A stretch of DNA of 64,000 bases from Eledone cirrhosa (lineage: Eukaryota). Made by a program: the position numbers and the translations under genes. The notes below the pieces were generated by a model. The model was not told the origin of the DNA, searched no databases, and saw only the letters and a list, made by a program, of their open reading frames with translations. Below are positions 53,208-64,000 of this stretch, one piece after another. The first letter of the stretch is position 1, and each line of letters opens with the position of its first letter. The DNA lies in NCBI GenBank assembly GCA_964016885.1, contig OZ024741.1:314836001-314900000 (forward strand). Reading direction: 5' to 3'.

Positions 53208-53280
<73 letters not shown>

Positions 53281-53850
53281 CTAAAAATCAATTAAGCTAA
53301 TCCGGAGGAGACAAAGGTGATTAGTTACGCAGATTACTAGCCATTATAGAGAGGTTGGTGTGGTCAATGCATATAAGTTGTTAGACTAGCGAGCCATGCA
53401 ATTAAATGTAAAGAGAGATAGCTTAATAGTCGGAATTTCGTAGTGAAGAGGCTAATTAACATTCAAATGCACAAATACACACACACACATGAAAACATAC
53501 ACACGCACACGCACACACACGCACACACACACACGTGCTTATTTGTTGTCGTTAAATGTAAGAATATCAGTGATAAATAATGCAGACACCGATAAGTAGT
53601 GTAAAAGTTGTAATATTTTTTTGTGTAATTTAGCAGCTTATATTGATTGTTACCTCCATATCAACATCATCCTCATCATCGTTCATTGCCCATCTTCCAC
53701 ACTAGAATGGGTAAGATAGGCTATCCCATTGTGAGGGATCAAGTTGGGATCCGTGATTCACTCACATAGAATTCATTTTGGCTTGGTTTCTATGGATGGT
53801 TTCCCATCCTTACGCCAAACACATTTACAGTGTGTACTGGGTGCATTTAG

Positions 53851-53930
53851 CTGTGTCGCCTACATTCTGTGTCGCCTACATTCTGTGTCGCCTACATTCT
53901 GTGTCGCCTACATTCTGTGTCGCCTACTTT
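53851..53930. repeat. 16-bp minisatellite (ctgtgtcgcctacatt) x5
   Basis: Read directly; the paralogous repeats at 27.9 and 40.6 kb lack this tandem expansion. Confidence 0.9.
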
Positions 53931-54658
53931 CTAGCATTGCCTGTGTGTTTCTTGTCGTGTCGCGTACACAACCACTTTACAGTGTGGACTGGGCGCTCGC
54001 TTTTGTCATGACACCTACATGACCACAATTGAGTGGGCTGCGCTCTTTTGGCGTGGTTTCCGGGGGATCCTTTTATAGAGGAGGTTGAAAATTGTGAAGA
54101 TGCTTGGGGAAATTGGGGACGTCATAAGTATAGGGGAGGTTTATGGGATGGTTGGGAGTGGTGTTGCCTACTAGGTATATGCCTGAGCCCGAGAATAATA
54201 GAAGTTGAGTTTTCTGTAATACATCATAGCACGATAAGTCACAGTCCTGTGTCATCGCCTTAATGAGATGTAATAGAGCAAAGTCAGCTTTATTACCACA
54301 TCTCAAGTCTTCCTAGACCGTCCTCCTTATGTACTTGCCTATCTAGTTGCAGCGTTGCTGACGTACCAGGATAGGGAAACCTGAAAAATAACTGCGGCTT
54401 CTGAACCTGCAGGTTCGTCGGACACTTGCAATAATTTCGGATCATATTTTCCCACTGTGGTGTTAGCGTCAAAAAACATCTTCCTCGCTTGTCCTGCTGT
54501 TGGCCGTTGTTTTTCTACGTCATCATAAATTCTGGCCAATAGTAGTTGTCAGACTGGCCATCAGCTGTCCCTCTGCCTGGCCCGACACACTTCAATGTAT
54601 TCATGCTGGGTTTGGTATTTCACAAGTCCACTCGCGGTCTGACACACACATATATACA

Positions 54659-54737
<79 letters not shown>

Positions 54738-54793
54738 TATATGAAATATAAATATATGAAAAATGGCGTGCTTCGTGGTTGCAAATGGGTTAC

Positions 54794-55632
54794 ATATGAA
54801 TAAAATTAGTCCTTCATCAGTGATCTTCCAACCTTCATTGGCATTTCCTCGCTTTAAACATCATATACTTCTGGTTGGTGCGAGCAATAACTAAAGAAAG
54901 TTATTGGGACACGTAAAATAGGGTGAAGCGAGCGAGACATGTAAACAAACATAGACGGTAATGCAACGGAAAGAGAGGAAGGGAAGAGACAAGTCCCTGA
55001 TATCTATGAACTTAAGTACCGTGAAATCATAGACGAGAGATAAAGACCATCCGACCTGGTTGAGATGTGAGTGAGAAAAGGATTTCACGCAGGTCAAACG
55101 GGAGGAAGTGAGAGAGGGGAGTAGCAGAGAGTGAGTGAGAGAAATTGTGAGGAAGAGGCCAGCTGAGAGAAAGTGACTGGCTATACATCAGGTTGGTGCG
55201 AGCAATAACGAAAAAAAGTTATTGACCCTCTTTTTACCCCCTCTGCCAGTCTCTCTCTCTCTCTCAGCTGGCCTCTTCCTCACACTTTCACTCACTCACT
55301 CTCTGGTACTACCACCTCTTCCTCCCGTTTGGCCTGTTTGAAATCCTTTTCTCGCTCACATCTCACCCAGGTCGGATGGTCTTTATCTCTCGTCTATGAT
55401 TTCACAGAACTTAAGTTCATAGATATCACGGACTTGTTTCTTCTCTTCCTCTCTTTCCGTTGCATTACCATCTATGTTTTTTTACATGTCTCGCTCGCTT
55501 CACCCTAATTTACGTGTCCCAATAACTTTTTTTAGTTATTGCTCGCACCAACCAGAGGTATATGATCTTTAAAGCGAGGAAATGCCAATGAAGGTTGGAA
55601 GATCACTGATGAAGGACTAATTTGATTCATAT
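54794..55632. repeat. Inverted repeat with about 375-bp arms nested in the family 4 left arm
   Basis: 54794..55170 is the reverse complement of 55260..55632. Confidence 0.92.
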
Positions 55633-55635
55633 ATT

Positions 55636-55856
55636 TTAAGGATCGATCGACTTTCGTCAAATCAGACCGAGGAAACAATGTTTTCGTCGGTCTTTCCGGT
55701 TGCTAATACTATCTATCGGTCGCAACTTCAGGTAAAAGGAGCAACGTGAAATAAAGTGTCTTGCTCAAGGACATAACGCATCGCCTGGTCCAGGTATTGA
55801 ACTCACAATCTCAAGATTGCGAATGCAATTCTCTAACCAGTCAGCCACACGCCTTC
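55636..55856 (-). mobile_element. tRNA-derived SINE family B
   Basis: Minus strand: GGCGTGTGGCTGACTGGTTAGAG (A box), GTTCAATACC (B box-like), TGTCCTTGAGCAAGACACTT. Confidence 0.7.
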
Positions 55857-55916
<60 letters not shown>

Positions 55917-56446
55917 CTCACATACACACACACACGCACAGAACCATATAACTAATAACATTCGCGTCCACGGAGGCCTGCCTACATGCCCGCGTACATC
56001 ATCTCTCATACACACACGCGCATACACACCCGCACGCGCATACATCCGTACACACATATAAATGTACACACAAACAAGCGCTTACCCTACAGTAGGTGCA
56101 CGTACACACACACACATACACATACACACACACACACACTGGCTCATATACACTCAAACAAATACGCACCTAATATCTACATGCCCCGTACATCTACAAA
56201 GATACATACACACATACATATATCTGTCCGTACTCAAATATGATATACTCACAGAGTCATATAAATCTGCACAATGGGTCATACAGGGTCATCCATGAAA
56301 GGATGTATCTTGTTATACACATCACATGCACAAATATAAACAATGCAACCAAATACATACATCCATACACATACATGCATGTATACATACACACATATAA
56401 ATAAATAAATAAGTATATGAAAAAGAAATAAATGTATATATATATG

Positions 56447-56502
<56 letters not shown>

Positions 56503-57363
56503 TACACATATATATGTACATGCACACACATACGTACACATCTATAAAAAAAACTACAACATACAAAAATATACATATAACGTCATACATTAAAAGATGT
56601 ATCTTGTACTAAACATGCACGAATATAAACAGTATATTCATATACATACATCCATACACATTCACATACATATCTCTCTCTCTCTACACACACACATATA
56701 TATATATATATATACACATACGCATACACGTATACACACATAAAAACATATATATACAATATATTAAAATATACATATAACGTCACATAGAGATATATAA
56801 AAAAAAAAGAGAAGAAAGATGGAGGGACGTGTATGCGTATGATATAGTACATATGGGGAATATACATCCGCGATTTAAAGGTCGTGGATGTTGCGCCGAT
56901 GGAGGTGAACTTTATATTGTGGGTGCTAACCACACATTTATATACCAGGCCCTTCGTCAGGCATCTTCTCTGTACGGGGCACTGGGTGCCCGCACTGCAG
57001 TAACCTGATCTGTCGTTATTATGTTCAATTCGGACGCCTGGCCCTCGATCTGCTAGGGCCCTTCTCCCGATTCTCAGGGTGTTGTTCCGCTGGCACGATG
57101 CCCCCCCCCCCCTTCCGCCACTAGTCCTCTCCTGGCGTTGGATTATATCGCCTTCCGTGGGCGTGGCGGCCTCCGCGGGGCCGGGTTGTAGTTGTAAGGC
57201 CGCTCCCCGTAGGTTTCTCCACGCTCCGATGGATGGTCATTCTGCCGCCGCGGTTGACGGTCGATGTTCCACATCTTTATCGCGTTGGTTTATTCGGCCA
57301 TGTTAGGTGCTGTTGAGAAGGAAATCTTCACCGTGTGACGGTTGGAAATCTTGTGGTATTTTG

Positions 57364-59595
57364 TCAACAGCACCTAACATGGCCGACTACATGGCCAAAA
57401 CCAACGCGGTAAAGATGGGGAGCATCGACCGTCAACCGTGGCGGCAGAATGACAGTCCATCGTAGCGTGGAGGAACCTTCGGGGCCCGGCCTTCCAACAA
57501 CAACCCGGCCCCCCGCAGCGGCCGCCACGCCCGTGGAAAGCTATATAATCCAACGCCAGGAGGGAACAAGTGGCGGTGGGGGGAGGGAGACCATCGTGCC
57601 GGCGGTTCAACACCCTGAGAATCGGGAGAGGGACCTAGCAGATCGAGGGCCAGGCGTCCGAAGTGAAAAAAATAACGACAGACACATGTAACTGCAGAGC
57701 GGGCATCAGAGCCCCCTACAGAGAAGATGCCTGACGAAGAGCCTGGTATTTAAATGTCTGGTTAGCACCCACAATATAAAGCGCACCTACATCGGCGCAA
57801 CATCCACGACCTTTAAATCGCGGATGTATAACCACACAAACTCTTTCAAGGACCACAGTAAGAGGCACTCTACTAAGCTAGCGGACCTGGTGTGGGACTT
57901 GAAAGACAAAGGCCCTTGACTGGAGTATCGTTCGGCACGCGAATGCATACTCGGCTGCAAGTAGAAACTGTAGCCTATACCTATACGAGACCATGGAAAT
58001 AGTCGACCTGAAGGATGATGCGGTCAACCTGAAATCGGAAATGATCATGACCTGCAGACACCAGAGAAGGTGCACACTCTCCGCATGGAATCCACCGGGA
58101 AGCCCAGACTAAGGACATGCGGCTGAGCACGCACCGACCAGAGCCACAAAACTGGTTCAAGGGATCAGACACCATAGGCTGATGATAATATATGCCCCGT
58201 GGGGTAAACTAAAACAACCCAAGATGCATACCCGACTCTGCACGTTACCCTAGGCAAGGTCATCGCCTGAGCCGGGACAGTTTGACCCGGATTCCGCGGT
58301 CTTTCAGTCAAATACCTTACACCTATAGGACAACATACCTCAACCACAGTGACATACTCCAATATGGCCGGGCTAAGCACCCCCATGCATGTGTACCTTT
58401 TCAATCGAGAAAACATATATTCTCCACGTGTTCCATTTTGGAACACATATTATTTGTTCCGTATACAGACCCAATTGTGCATCTCATATTCCCCATATGT
58501 ACTATATCATAAGCATACACGTCCCTCCTTCTTTCTTCTCTTTTTTAAATATATCTATGTGACGTTATATGTATATTTTAATATATTGTATATTTATTTT
58601 ATTTATTTTATGTGTGTATATGTGTATGCGTATGTGTATATATATATATGTGTTAGTATGTACATGGTATGTGAATGTGTATGGATGTATGTATATGAAT
58701 ATACTGTTTATATTCGTGCATGTTTAGTACAAGATACATCTTTTAATGTATGACGTTACATGTATATTTTAGTATAATGTAGTTTTTTTATAGATGTGTA
58801 TGTATGTGTGTGCATGTACATATACATGTGTGTGTGTGTGTATGTGTGTGTATATATATATGTATGTGTATATATATATACATTTATTTCTTTTTTATAT
58901 ACTTATTTATTTATTTATATGTGTGTATGTATACATGCATGTATGTGTATGGATGTATGTATTTGGTTACATTGTTTATATTTGTGCATGTGTATAACAG
59001 GATGCATCCTTTCATGGATGACCCGGTATGACTCATTGTGCAGATTTATATGACTGTGACTATATCATATTTGAATACGGACAGGTATATGTATGTGTGT
59101 ATATTTATGTGTGTGAACATATACATATATACATGTGTGTTTGGGAGCGAGTCTGTTATTGTGCCTGTATATACGGACACGTGTATGTACGTGCGTGTGC
59201 GTCTGTGTGTGCGCGTGTATGTGTGAGAGAGCAGATGTACGTGGGCATGTAGGCAGGCGTCTGTGGACGCGTATGTTGTTAGTTATATGGTTGTGTGCGT
59301 ATGTGGGTGTATGTGAGTGTGTTTATATATATATATATGTGTGTGTATGTGTATATGTGTGTGTGAGTGCGCGAGTCGACTTGGGAAATAGCAAACCCAG
59401 CATGAATTCATTGAAGTGTGTCAGGCGGAGGGTCAGCTGATGGCCAGTCTGACAGAAACTATTGGCCAGAATTTATGATGACGTAGAAAAACAACAGTCA
59501 ACAGCAGAACAAGCGAGAGAGATATTTTTTTAGGCTAACGCCACAGTGGGAAAATTTGATTCGAAATTATTGCAAGTGTCCGCAAACCTGCAGGT
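57364..59595 (+). mobile_element. Penelope-like element family 4, right arm (GIY-YIG plus microsatellite-rich 3' region)
   Basis: About 57685-58112 translates CLTKSLVFKC..TYIGATSTTFKSRMYNH..SF..STKLADLVW..WSIV..TCRHQ. Confidence 0.85.
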
Positions 59596-59769
59596 CCATA
59601 ATCAAACAGATCCATACAATGATCGTGTCTCGAGCTGTCTGCGGCGAAACAATTGTAACACACAAAAAATTCACTGATTTTGCGTTTTATATTATATCAC
59701 ACTCTGCTCTGTAAGAACATAGAGTGCTCATCCGGCATACCGCCTATGGAAGCATCTTAGCTACCATCA

Positions 59770-59913
<144 letters not shown>

Positions 59914-60010
59914 ACTAAAAATGTGGTTAATACCCAGCATCACTAGTACCTGCAGTTCTGTTTACATGCCAACACATGAGCAAGAATTAGGGGCTCATTC
60001 AATATGACTA

Positions 60011-60187
60011 ATAATTGTTTCTATTTTAGGCACAAGGCCAGCAATTACCCAGTACGTTACTGGTACTTTATTTTATCGACCCCGCAAGGATGAAAGGCAA
60101 AATTAACTTCGGCCGGATTTGAACTCAGATCGTAAAGGGACGTAACTATGCTGGAAAGCATGTCCGACCCTCTACCGATACTGCCAA
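60011..60187 (-). mobile_element. tRNA-derived SINE family A
   Basis: Matches the other family A copies. Confidence 0.85.
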
Positions 60188-60348
60188 AATTATAGTAGAA
60201 CTGATTCAAGGAAAGGTTTCTGATATTTATGCATGCAATGTTTCTAATTATATTGATTATTATTTACCATAAGGTCATAAGGCATTGTAAAATTGCTGTT
60301 CTGGTTTTACATGAACTTAACATCTCTTTAAGTAATATACAGTATCAA

Positions 60349-62085
60349 TGTATATGGACGGGTCTAATCTCAACATCAAATATTTAGAATTACAGTCGGT
60401 CACAGTTAGTGTGAGTGAGTACACACACCGACGCAAGGTCGAAGAAAAAATATATATACAAACCAACATAGTATTCACCGAAAGTTAGTTTACAAAACGA
60501 CAAATGTTATATTAGTCAAATCTCCATTTGACGGTGTACATTGGAGAAAATTGGGTCAACCGCAATCATATACACACGCAAGTAAATTCAGTTCAATATT
60601 CTGCTATACGTGTATCGATTGAATTGTAAATAGTGTGTTTTGGTATATACACATCCGTATCGTCTAAAAAGTGTATGTTTTGGGATATACACATCCACGT
60701 GAAGAGCAAGTAGTCAGCTCATATCAAACTCTGTATGTGCCGTTGTACCATTGAGAATCTGAGTCCCCAAATCTGTGCGTGCAAGCAACCGCCATGTAGG
60801 CCACCAAGAGACTCTGTGTAGGGTTGGGTATTTGAGTTAAGGTGTCAGTATGTGCTTTTCCCGTCAAATGGGCCCCTGGGCTTTTAAGATAGGTGTTTGA
60901 GTGGTGGAGGGGTGTTACCCAACACAGAAATAAAATAAAATAAAATAAAAAAGAATAGCAAAACCCCGAGGATGTGTGTAAGCCCATTAACGGTGTGTAA
61001 GTAATATTTCCAATCAGTAACCGTGAACACTCCATGGTTAGATGATCACGGATCAAAACCTAGTGTAGTGTTCAATTGATAGGATCGTGACCAGTCATAA
61101 CTGTGGGAACTCCGTGTCTAAAGAGACCGGGTAATGTGTAGAGTCATGTATGAAGAGCGTAATCGGTCTTAACTGAATGTGTAATACGTCTAACTATTTA
61201 CTAACCGAGAGAACTCAATGGATGGGTATTCTAAAGTAATGGTGAAAGCGCGTAATCGGTCTTAACTGAGTGTGTAATCATTCTAACTATTTACTAACTA
61301 GGTATTCTAAAGTAGTGGTAAATGTGCACTCAGCTGTGAGAACTCCGGGGAAACAAACCGAGTACCGTTTGTAAGTGAGCAAATGATCTAAGCTGTCTAC
61401 TACCTGAGTGTATGATTGTCTGTGTTTTGCTAATTGACAGAACTCTATGGCTAAGGTAAAAAGGGAGGAGTTAGTGGTAGGTTACTTTCCAAAAATCCTG
61501 CGGAAGATTTTCGAGGTTCTATGTTGGCAGTTGCTGAAACAATCCGCTCTCCTATTGATTAATAGGAGGCCGCCTCTAATAATATTAAAGGTTTCAGCGA
61601 TATATAAATTACAGACGCCCGTGCTGCTGTAATAAGGCTGGGCTGAGCAAATTATGGACCAGGAAAAGGAGTGTTCTATATTCCAGACTAATTCAGAAAG
61701 CGCAGTGCTATTTTTTTAATCTAATCTATTAAAGGTGATTATACCATCTATCCTTAAATTCAGTGGCAGTTGCTCCATCATACATGAAGGTTCTACCTTA
61801 CAGTCCTAGACTATGTTTTTGGTGAGGCATTCACCAGCCATGGGGCAAGTGGCGGTGTTCCTGAAATTCCATTTTCTGTTATCGACCTGGGTAGTTCCAG
61901 AGGAACCACGGTACCTCTGATGACGGGTCTCAGTTATTGTCTGCTCTATGGGTAAGTTCCCAGGGGTTGGGGTGACCCGACTCGCCTCACGCGTATGAGA
62001 CCGTTCATCCATAGAGCTGCCATTAATTCTGCCATGTCTCATCCCGCCTTGGGCTGTCCTAAGTCTACTACAATTCATCTTATTT
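60349..62085 (-). mobile_element. Penelope-like remnant family 5 (GIY-YIG plus probable 3' UTR)
   Basis: Minus strand: CPMAGECLTKNIV, GATATEFKDRWYNH, NSTALSELVW, WSII..AQPY..CNL..AE..II, NCQH. The left boundary is inferred from where the unit's intron sequence is interrupted. Confidence 0.7.
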
Positions 62086-62560
62086 TGATATATAATTGCA
62101 AACGAATCGAATATTAGTATTAATATTCGAAAACCTCAGATTACGTTTATTGTATTCAGCCATGTAGGGCGAATTTTTTTTTTATTTGAATATTGCAAAG
62201 CTAGACATAAATCGCTTGTATTTTGTCGTTAAATATAAGAATATCACTAATAATTGTAGTAGAACTGATTCAAGGAAAGATTTCTGATATTTGTGCATGC
62301 AATGTTTCTAATTATATTGATTATTATTTTCCATAAGGTCATAAGGCATTGTCAAATTGCTGTTCTGGTTTTACATGAACTTAACATCTCTTTATGTAAT
62401 ATACTGTATCAATATTTTATTTAATAGTTGTATGCAGACTGATTCGTTTATCAACACTTTAATCTTATAATTATTGATATGGTATAAAATTGATACCACA
62501 TCTAAAATTGTATGTAATTAATGATATCTTCAACATTATCATTTACACTGATATTTTCAG

Positions 62561-62695
62561 AATGCCCAGTAGGAAAGTTTGGTTTATTTTGTCATGGGAT
62601 ATGCCATTGTATGCACAACTATTTCTGTGACAAGAGATATGGATATTGTTTAAGTGGATGTGCTGCAGGTTATTTTGGTCGCAACTGCCAAGAAG
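62561..62695 (+). CDS. Exon 4: EGF-like 8-Cys repeat, divergent and aromatic-rich
   Basis: Canonical AG/GT, 135 bp; ECPVGKFGLFCHGICHCMHNYFCDKRYGYCLSGCAAGYFGRNCQE. Confidence 0.9.
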
Positions 62696-62753
62696 GTATT
62701 TCCTAAAGATGCTAAGTATTTATTTGAGAACGCAAATATCGTATATATATATA

Positions 62754-62795
<42 letters not shown>

Positions 62796-62816
62796 TGTAC
62801 TTGTGTGTAAGTATGG

Positions 62817-62862
<46 letters not shown>

Positions 62863-62899
62863 GTGTGTATGTGTGTGTATGTGTATAAATGTGTGTATG

Positions 62900-62930
<31 letters not shown>

Positions 62931-63930
62931 ATGTATATGTGTGTGTGCGTGTGTGTGTGTGCATGTATGTTTATCTACTTTTATATTTATTATTTTTCCT
63001 TTACTTCTTCCTTTTCCAGCCTCACTTTCATATATATTATATTATATATTATATTTTTGTTTTTAAAATCCACTGTCAATAAATATACCAGGATTTTTTC
63101 ATTCTGATGACTGAAAGCAAATTTTGTTTGCTTTCAAGAAACCACTGGTAAATGAATTAATTATTTGATGTTGTTTATTACATAACTAATAAGCTCTGTA
63201 ACCTACATAGAACACTCTTTTTTCCTGGAACTTTCCGACGGAATTAATTCTTTTATATATATATATATATATATAATAAGAGAATGCGAAGTAGTTTCAG
63301 ATTTTAAAGTCCTTTAAGGGTGTGATACATATTTCAATGACGACAGAGGCCACCCGCTTCTGTGTACCAAGTGCCGTGACATCATCTGATAGCGTATACA
63401 TAATAAGGTTATGTTCCCGAGGCAATCCAAATTAAATCGACAAGGGAACGGACACAGCGGGGGTTCTTGAATCCTTCGACCGATCCCGTGTGTCTAAATT
63501 CACCCCACCGTTTTCCGCAGGCGCAAGTCCGAAGGAAGTTGAACATCCACTATCCCAAAACCCTACGAAACTCGCCTAGGCATGTCCCCTCACACCACAA
63601 CGAAATAATCTCCCATCCAGGTCGGTAATATGAGACGGTTATAGTTTACTTCTAGTCGCCCAGCCAGTGGCAGTTGAACGAAACCTAGTGGTGGTGGCAG
63701 AGTATGAGTTACAATAGACCTCGATTCTGCCCCTAAATTATGCTTGGACAATATAATTGACCATCACCCGCTAAGAGAATATAAACTTAATTCTAGATTT
63801 TATGATTTCACAGTTGAAATTATGATAAAAAATTAGAAATTAAAAAATTACAAGCTAAATTCTTAAATTGAAGTAAATAAATAAAAAATGTTTTTTTAAA
63901 TATACATATATAGATAAATGTGGCACAATG

Positions 63931-64000
63931 TGGCACAATGCCAGCAATTACACAGTGCATTACTGGTATTTTATTTTATCGACTCCGTAAGGATGAAAGG
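63931..64000 (-). mobile_element. tRNA-derived SINE family A, cut by the window end
   Basis: ggcacaatgccagcaatt...ttttatcgactccgtaaggatgaaagg, at the position equivalent to the 43180 copy. Confidence 0.8.

Larger units (their letters stand above)
54405..57363 (-). mobile_element. Penelope-like element family 4, left inverted arm (internal deletion; interrupted at about 54740-55860)
   Basis: Reverse complement of 57364..59595; minus strand reads KYHKISNRHTVKISFSTAPNMA and IGATSTTFKSRMY. Confidence 0.8.

Noticed and set aside
53851-53930. Regular short repeats suggesting a CRISPR-like array
   Set aside because: Head-to-tail 16-mers without spacers in eukaryotic DNA; a minisatellite.
57728-57770. 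CTGACGA resembling a hammerhead core
   Set aside because: It lies inside GIY-YIG coding sequence (CLTKSLV) and lacks a GAAA and stems.
58176-58220. CTGATGA motifs here, at 55607 and on the minus strand near 42640 and 51378
   Set aside because: Plausibly decayed PLE hammerheads, but GAAA or the stems are incomplete, so not called.
60349-60540. TG...CA-bounded segment suggesting a solo LTR
   Set aside because: No TSD, PBS or second copy; better explained as the distal 3' region of the minus-strand PLE remnant.
61158-61320. About 50-bp direct repeat at 92-93 bp spacing
   Set aside because: Ordinary local duplication within a TE 3' region.

Overview
AT- and microsatellite-rich animal DNA. The SINE and repeat content suggests an octopod cephalopod (inference from repeat appearance). 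The only host coding sequence I can support is four tandem 135-bp, phase 1-1 exons on the + strand (29026, 41632, 51086, 62561). Each encodes one 8-cysteine EGF-like repeat of the MEGF10/Draper/SCARF type and sits in its own 9-13 kb duplicated unit. The exons have diverged almost only at non-synonymous, non-Cys positions and faster than the adjacent intron. The rest is transposon-derived: three Dong/R4-clade RLE retrotransposons (one with an open 1128-aa ORF), a decayed Tx1/L1 element, fragments of several Penelope-like (PLE) families with hammerhead ribozyme motifs, a Chapaev3-type DNA transposon with filled and empty sites, a bipartite RTE derivative, tRNA-derived SINEs and a MITE-like element. 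PLE-type sequences repeatedly occur as inverted twins with their 3' ends pointing outward, forming long and partly nested palindromes. One of them records an apparent flip of its spacer at a segmental-duplication breakpoint. All alignments and counts were made by eye.
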